Part shown: positions 59,857 through 64,000 of the stretch, piece by piece
Layout: every line of letters begins with the position of its first letter
How positions within the stretch are numbered: position 1 is the first letter of the stretch
DNA from: Azolla caroliniana
Lineage: Eukaryota; Plantae; Polypodiophyta
NCBI GenBank assembly: GCA_043228905.1
Contig: JBHGNT010000020.1
Location: forward strand, 6,634,001 to 6,698,000
DNA length: 64,000 bases
Direction of reading: 5' to 3'
Translations under genes and position numbers: made by a program
The notes under the pieces: model-generated
What the model saw: only the letters and a program-made list of their open reading frames with translations
Told to the model about the DNA's origin: nothing
Databases searched by the model: none

Positions 59857-62853
59857 CTATTCTTCGTCCAAAATGTCCAAAATGCTTTGTTCGAGAGGCT
59901 CCAATGGTTCATCTGGAAGTGGTTGTTGTTGTTGTTGTTGTTGCTGCTCTGTTGTTGTCTGCTGCGGCGGGTCCGTTGGTGGTTGCTGCGGCTGCTCCTC
60001 CGTTTGTGGCTCTGACACCCGCGTCTCCGTCGTTGCTCCCTGCATCGTGGTGGTCTCCGGTTGACTGGTTCCCGGCTGGCCCTCAGCCGACGACGGTTCC
60101 TCATCACTAAGGTTAACCGTTGTCGCTTCCTGTGCTTTTTCATCCCGTACCCAGGACCGCTCGTAGCTTTCAAACTGAATTTGAGCGTCCAGCCTATCAT
60201 CGTCCAGCTGAGCTACGAGCTGCCTGACCTGCGCTAGCTGTTCATCTGCCAGGACTTGGAAGTCGTCGGCCAGCTCGTCCCGTATGGCGGTGAAGTCCTC
60301 AGAAGTCAAAGTATAACAGTCATCTCCTTCCTTCCGCCGGTTTGCCACATCCGCCCGTAGCAACTGGAGTTCCGCCGCGTTTTGTGCCCACTTTGTCCAC
60401 CATTTGACGGAGCTTTCATCAATCAAGTGCTTCGTCTGATTCAGCCATGCCTGGAGGATGGACTGAATCCGGCTCATTCCCAATTGCGATTTGGTTTCCG
60501 CCGCTTGCCGTTCCTCCTTCAGTTGTTTGATGATTTTTACGTTGTCCTCCGCCTGCGCCTTGTAATGCGTCAATTGCCTTTGATATGTACTTTGTAATTT
60601 CTGCAATACTGTTGACGCTCTCTCTTTGTCTTCCTGCTGCAGTCGTTGGAGCTCCATCCGGACCTTCTCCGCCTCTTCCAAGCGTCTTGTATTTTCCGCC
60701 CGTTCGTCGGCGATCGCCGTCGCGGCCCGATCAACTGCCTGCTGGAGCTCGGTCATCCGTTCTTTATGCTCCGTTTCCAGCCGTTTGTAGTCCCGGTGCA
60801 GGTGCTCAAAATCATCCATCTTTTGCTTGAGCCGTGCGTTGATCTGACGACGGGCCCGGTCCTCGCAGTCCTTCTGCTGGCGGAGCTCTTCCTTTAGCCG
60901 TTCGATCTCTGTTTCCGCCGTTTTCCGCAGCTTGTCCTTTTCCTACAGCACTTTGTCTTTCTCCTCCTTTAGCCGGTCGTACGCTTGATGGCCTTTCCGG
61001 AGGCTCTCCTCTGCCCGGCAGAGGTTCTCAGCAGTCTTCTTTAATTCGGCTTCGGCCGCCGTCTTCAATTCTCGTTCCCGGCTCCTTAGCGCTTCTTGTG
61101 CGGCGAGTTCCTCTCTCAATTCCGCAAGCTCCCGAGCTTGCGCCGCATCTCTCGCCGGAACGGTTTCCGTTGCCGGGGTCTTATTCCTATGTACAGGTCG
61201 TTCCGTTTCATTATTCTGTACACTTACCGGAGTCACCGGTGATTGGATCTGTATTTTGGCCATCTCTGTCGTGACCTGATCCAAATCTTTTTCAAGGCAC
61301 CGGATTCTAGACCGGGCCGTCTCTAGTTGTTCGGTTGTGACGAGCAACCGTTCGCTTTGCGCTCTTTCTTCCGCCTCTATATACCCCACCGCTCCGGCTA
61401 TTTGTTCGCCTATCCACCGGAGCCACAGGCTACCGGTGCCTTGTTGTGCTTGCACGGAGGTTTGATAGATGGGCTCACTTGTAGAGGGGTGGTCCCGCCT
61501 GGTTGCGCCGAGTTGCAGTTCCGTTTCTGCCCGTGGACCATCCTGCTGTCCTTGGTCCCCTTGCGCTTCTTCTTGGCTGACCGAGGGAGGCTGCAGTGAC
61601 CTTTCCGGCTCTGGCGGGATGGAACTTGCCGGTGTTGCCGGTGGTGTCGGGGCTTCTGTTTCCGGTGCCATCTGCACCGGTTCCGGTTCCTTCCTTGGCG
61701 TGGGAGTCTCAGTATGGGGAGCCGGTGTTCCCTCTGTCTGAGGGTCCGAACGTTTCCCGGCTGTCTCAACGGTCCTTGTCGACGACTGTCGCTGGAGGTG
61801 CTCCGTAGGCTCCTCCTCTATTTCCTCCTCCTGAGCTCCGGCATTGAGTTTTGCCGCCAAGGGGTCCACTTCTCGATTCACCGGTCGGCGGAGTGTGACC
61901 TTTACGAACCGTGCCGGTGGTTCCTCCTGCGCCTCCGTTGGGCGCTTCCGGCTTCCGCTTCCTGTTGCCGCCTGTTCTGTATCCGCCGCCTTTCCCTTAG
62001 TGGCCTTCGAGGCCAACAGCTGTTGCCGTTTGGAAGCCGTCCTTGGTGTGCCGTCCGGCACTCTTCCTCGCTTCTTGGGTTGGACAGTCTGAACGGGTGG
62101 CACCAGCAAGGTGAGCCACTGCGTTACGGCGTGCCATATCCTTCGTCCGTCTCGGCCTTCTTTGCCGTCTTTGCCTCTGACGATCTCGATCGCCGCACAC
62201 AACCCGTCTGCGATCAATACCAGCCAATCCACCTTGATCCCTTCATAGGTGGCGATGATCATCCCTGCCCGGTTCTGCGGCATGACAGGGGGTCTAGGGT
62301 ATACGTGGCCGTATTCATGGAGCACACGAGCAATTTCGCGGAACAGCATATCTCCGCCACCCTGTGTCCGGTAGCCCTTGCTGGCTAGAGAGTACTCACC
62401 AAAATATCTGATGAGTTGCTCCGGGTTTGGATTGTCGATCGTTAGTATGCCTCCCTCCGGAAGGCCTGTTAATGCTCGAATCGCCTCTGCCGTTATGACC
62501 TCTGTATCGATTTCCTTGATCACTTTGTCGGCTTCTTTGTGTGGCGGTACTTCCATCATCATCAAGAAGCCCTCGAGCCCGTGTTGCTTCAGCCATGTCT
62601 TGGCGGCTTCCGACAGCGTTTGCGGGTCCATCTCTGGGTCGAGGTCGGATTGCGGTGATGAGGATGGATGGTGATGAGAGCGGGGTTGAGAAAGAGAGAG
62701 TTCAAAAGGCGGGGGTTCTCTGTGTGCAGGTTCTCTTCTGATAATCTTGCAGCGTTTCGGTGCTTCTGTGCTCCTGGGTTCGCGAAAGTAGAGGGTCTCT
62801 ACGCGCAATGGTTTTTGTCTGTGCATTCTGGCGCCTTTTTCGAGTTTGTGCAT
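59857..62853 (-). pseudogene. Extra ORF of H, ~1000 codons with one in-frame TAG at 60943-60945; globular N-terminus, Pro/Glu linker, coiled coil, polyQ tail
   Basis: ORFs 60943-62853 and 59857-60819 share a frame; start may be the later MDPQTL; homology to the G extra ORF. Confidence 0.8.
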
Positions 62854-63003
62854 GTCGCGTACTTAAAATAGCATTATGTCCTGTGGTGGCGCTTTAAATG
62901 CCCTCTACGTACCTTTTCGCTCCACGCTCTTTCATCCATTCATTCCTCGCTTTTGCATGATTGTTTTTTTTTTTTTTCAGTTATTATTATTATTAGTGTG
63001 ACG

Positions 63004-64000
63004 TCACATGTCCGTTGGTCCTCCCGGACCCTTACCAGCCTCATTCTCTCCGGTTCCCGGCTTTCCGTCTCTGCCGTCTTGGTGGTTGCTGTCGGTCCTT
63101 TGCTCAAACGGGTTCTTAGGCATCGGTCCTCTATATGCCTTTAACCGGAATCCGTTGACCCATTTGCCCAGCACTTCGCCGGCAAGTGTCCCCAACTGGT
63201 AGGACCCATTATACTCCCGTGTTAGCCAATATGGTTCGGTCCATCTAAACCTTAGTTTACCCGGCATCTTGCCCATCTGGGTTTGGAATACTAACACTGG
63301 TTTGCCGATTGCGAACATTTTTTCGTTACCTTTCCTGTGCCGGTCGACGAATGCTTTCCGTCGTCGTTGCTCCAATTCTAAATGTAGGATGTTGGCCAAC
63401 CGTTGTTCCTCCAGCTCACACAGCGCTGTCAACCTTATTGTCTCCGACTCCTTCTCGTTCAGCCGTTCTCGTAGTTGGATCCGTAAGCTCGGTACTTGAA
63501 ATTCTACCGGCATGACCGCCTCGAGTCCGAACGCCAACTGGAACGGTGTTGTTCGGATGCTCGTTTTGTATGCCGTCCGGTAAGCCCAAAGCGCGCTATG
63601 TAGCTTTGTGTCCCAATCTGTCTGGTTCTCGTTGACGATCTTCCGAAGGATGTTCTGGAGCGTCTTGTTTGTTGATTCTGCTAATCCGTTCGCCTGTGGA
63701 TAGTAAGGTGTGCTTCGTTTGTGGACCACGGCATAGAAGGTCGTTAGGCTTTCCACTACTTGTCCGAGAAAGTGCCCCCCTTGGTCACTTATCAATTCAA
63801 TGGGGCATCCGTAACGGCACCAGATGTACTCATATAGAAACTTTGCCGTTGACGCAGCGGTGTTATCCCGTAAAGCTTTGGCCTCCACCCATTTCGTGCA
63901 ATAATCCGTAGCAACAATAACGTACCGATTACCCGTTCTCATTGCCGGTGGCTTGAACAGTCCTACAAAGTCCAGCCCCCACTTTTGGAATGGCTCGAGT
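63004..64000 (-). CDS. Gypsy integrase (C-terminal part of H Pol), partial
   Basis: WGLDFV..TDYCTKWVEA..ISDQGGHF..YYPQANGLAESTNK..ALWAYRT..KLRFRWTEPY. Confidence 0.92.
   Translation of the reverse strand, partial: LEPFQKWGLDFVGLFKPPAMRTGNRYVIVATDYCTKWVEAKALRDNTAASTAKFLYEYIWCRYGCPIELISDQGGHFLGQVVESLTTFYAVVHKRSTPYYPQANGLAESTNKTLQNILRKIVNENQTDWDTKLHSALWAYRTAYKTSIRTTPFQLAFGLEAVMPVEFQVPSLRIQLRERLNEKESETIRLTALCELEEQRLANILHLELEQRRRKAFVDRHRKGNEKMFAIGKPVLVFQTQMGKMPGKLRFRWTEPYWLTREYNGSYQLGTLAGEVLGKWVNGFRLKAYRGPMPKNPFEQRTDSNHQDGRDGKPGTGENEAGKGPGGPTDM

Larger units (their letters stand above)
59370..64000 (-). mobile_element. Gypsy element H (related to G), 3' part: integrase, extra ORF, 3' LTR 59370-59802
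   Basis: LTR TGTTAAC...GGTAACA with a minus-strand TATA-like CTATTTAAAG; integrase and extra ORF homologous to G; continues beyond the window. Confidence 0.88.

Overview
Plant (land-plant type, heavily CpG-decayed) heterochromatic window with no recognisable host protein gene. It is a stack of nested LTR retrotransposons: Tork/Tnt1-like Copia (one with an intact 1340-aa polyprotein), a second Copia family whose Pol carries a long charged in-frame extension after RNase H, an Ale-like Copia, two non-chromoviral Gypsy elements with a large coiled-coil extra ORF, five TSD-flanked solo LTRs, a ~422-bp Copia-derived tandem array and a near-identical 4.2-kb tandem duplication. Two features stand out. 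(1) A non-coding ~2.19-kb-monomer element present as ~1.3 head-to-tail copies, each repeat carrying a minus-strand type I hammerhead ribozyme (CUGAUGA...GAAA core, palindromic stem III) just downstream of a TATA box; it looks like an unusually large retrozyme/Penelope-dependent element (4 ribozyme copies in the window). (2) Both Gypsy elements, despite dissimilar LTRs, have a conserved tRNA-3'-end-like sequence (GTCCCACRGGCATGCCA) where the polypurine tract should be. All calls were made by eye; coordinates may be off by a few bases and lineage names need database confirmation.
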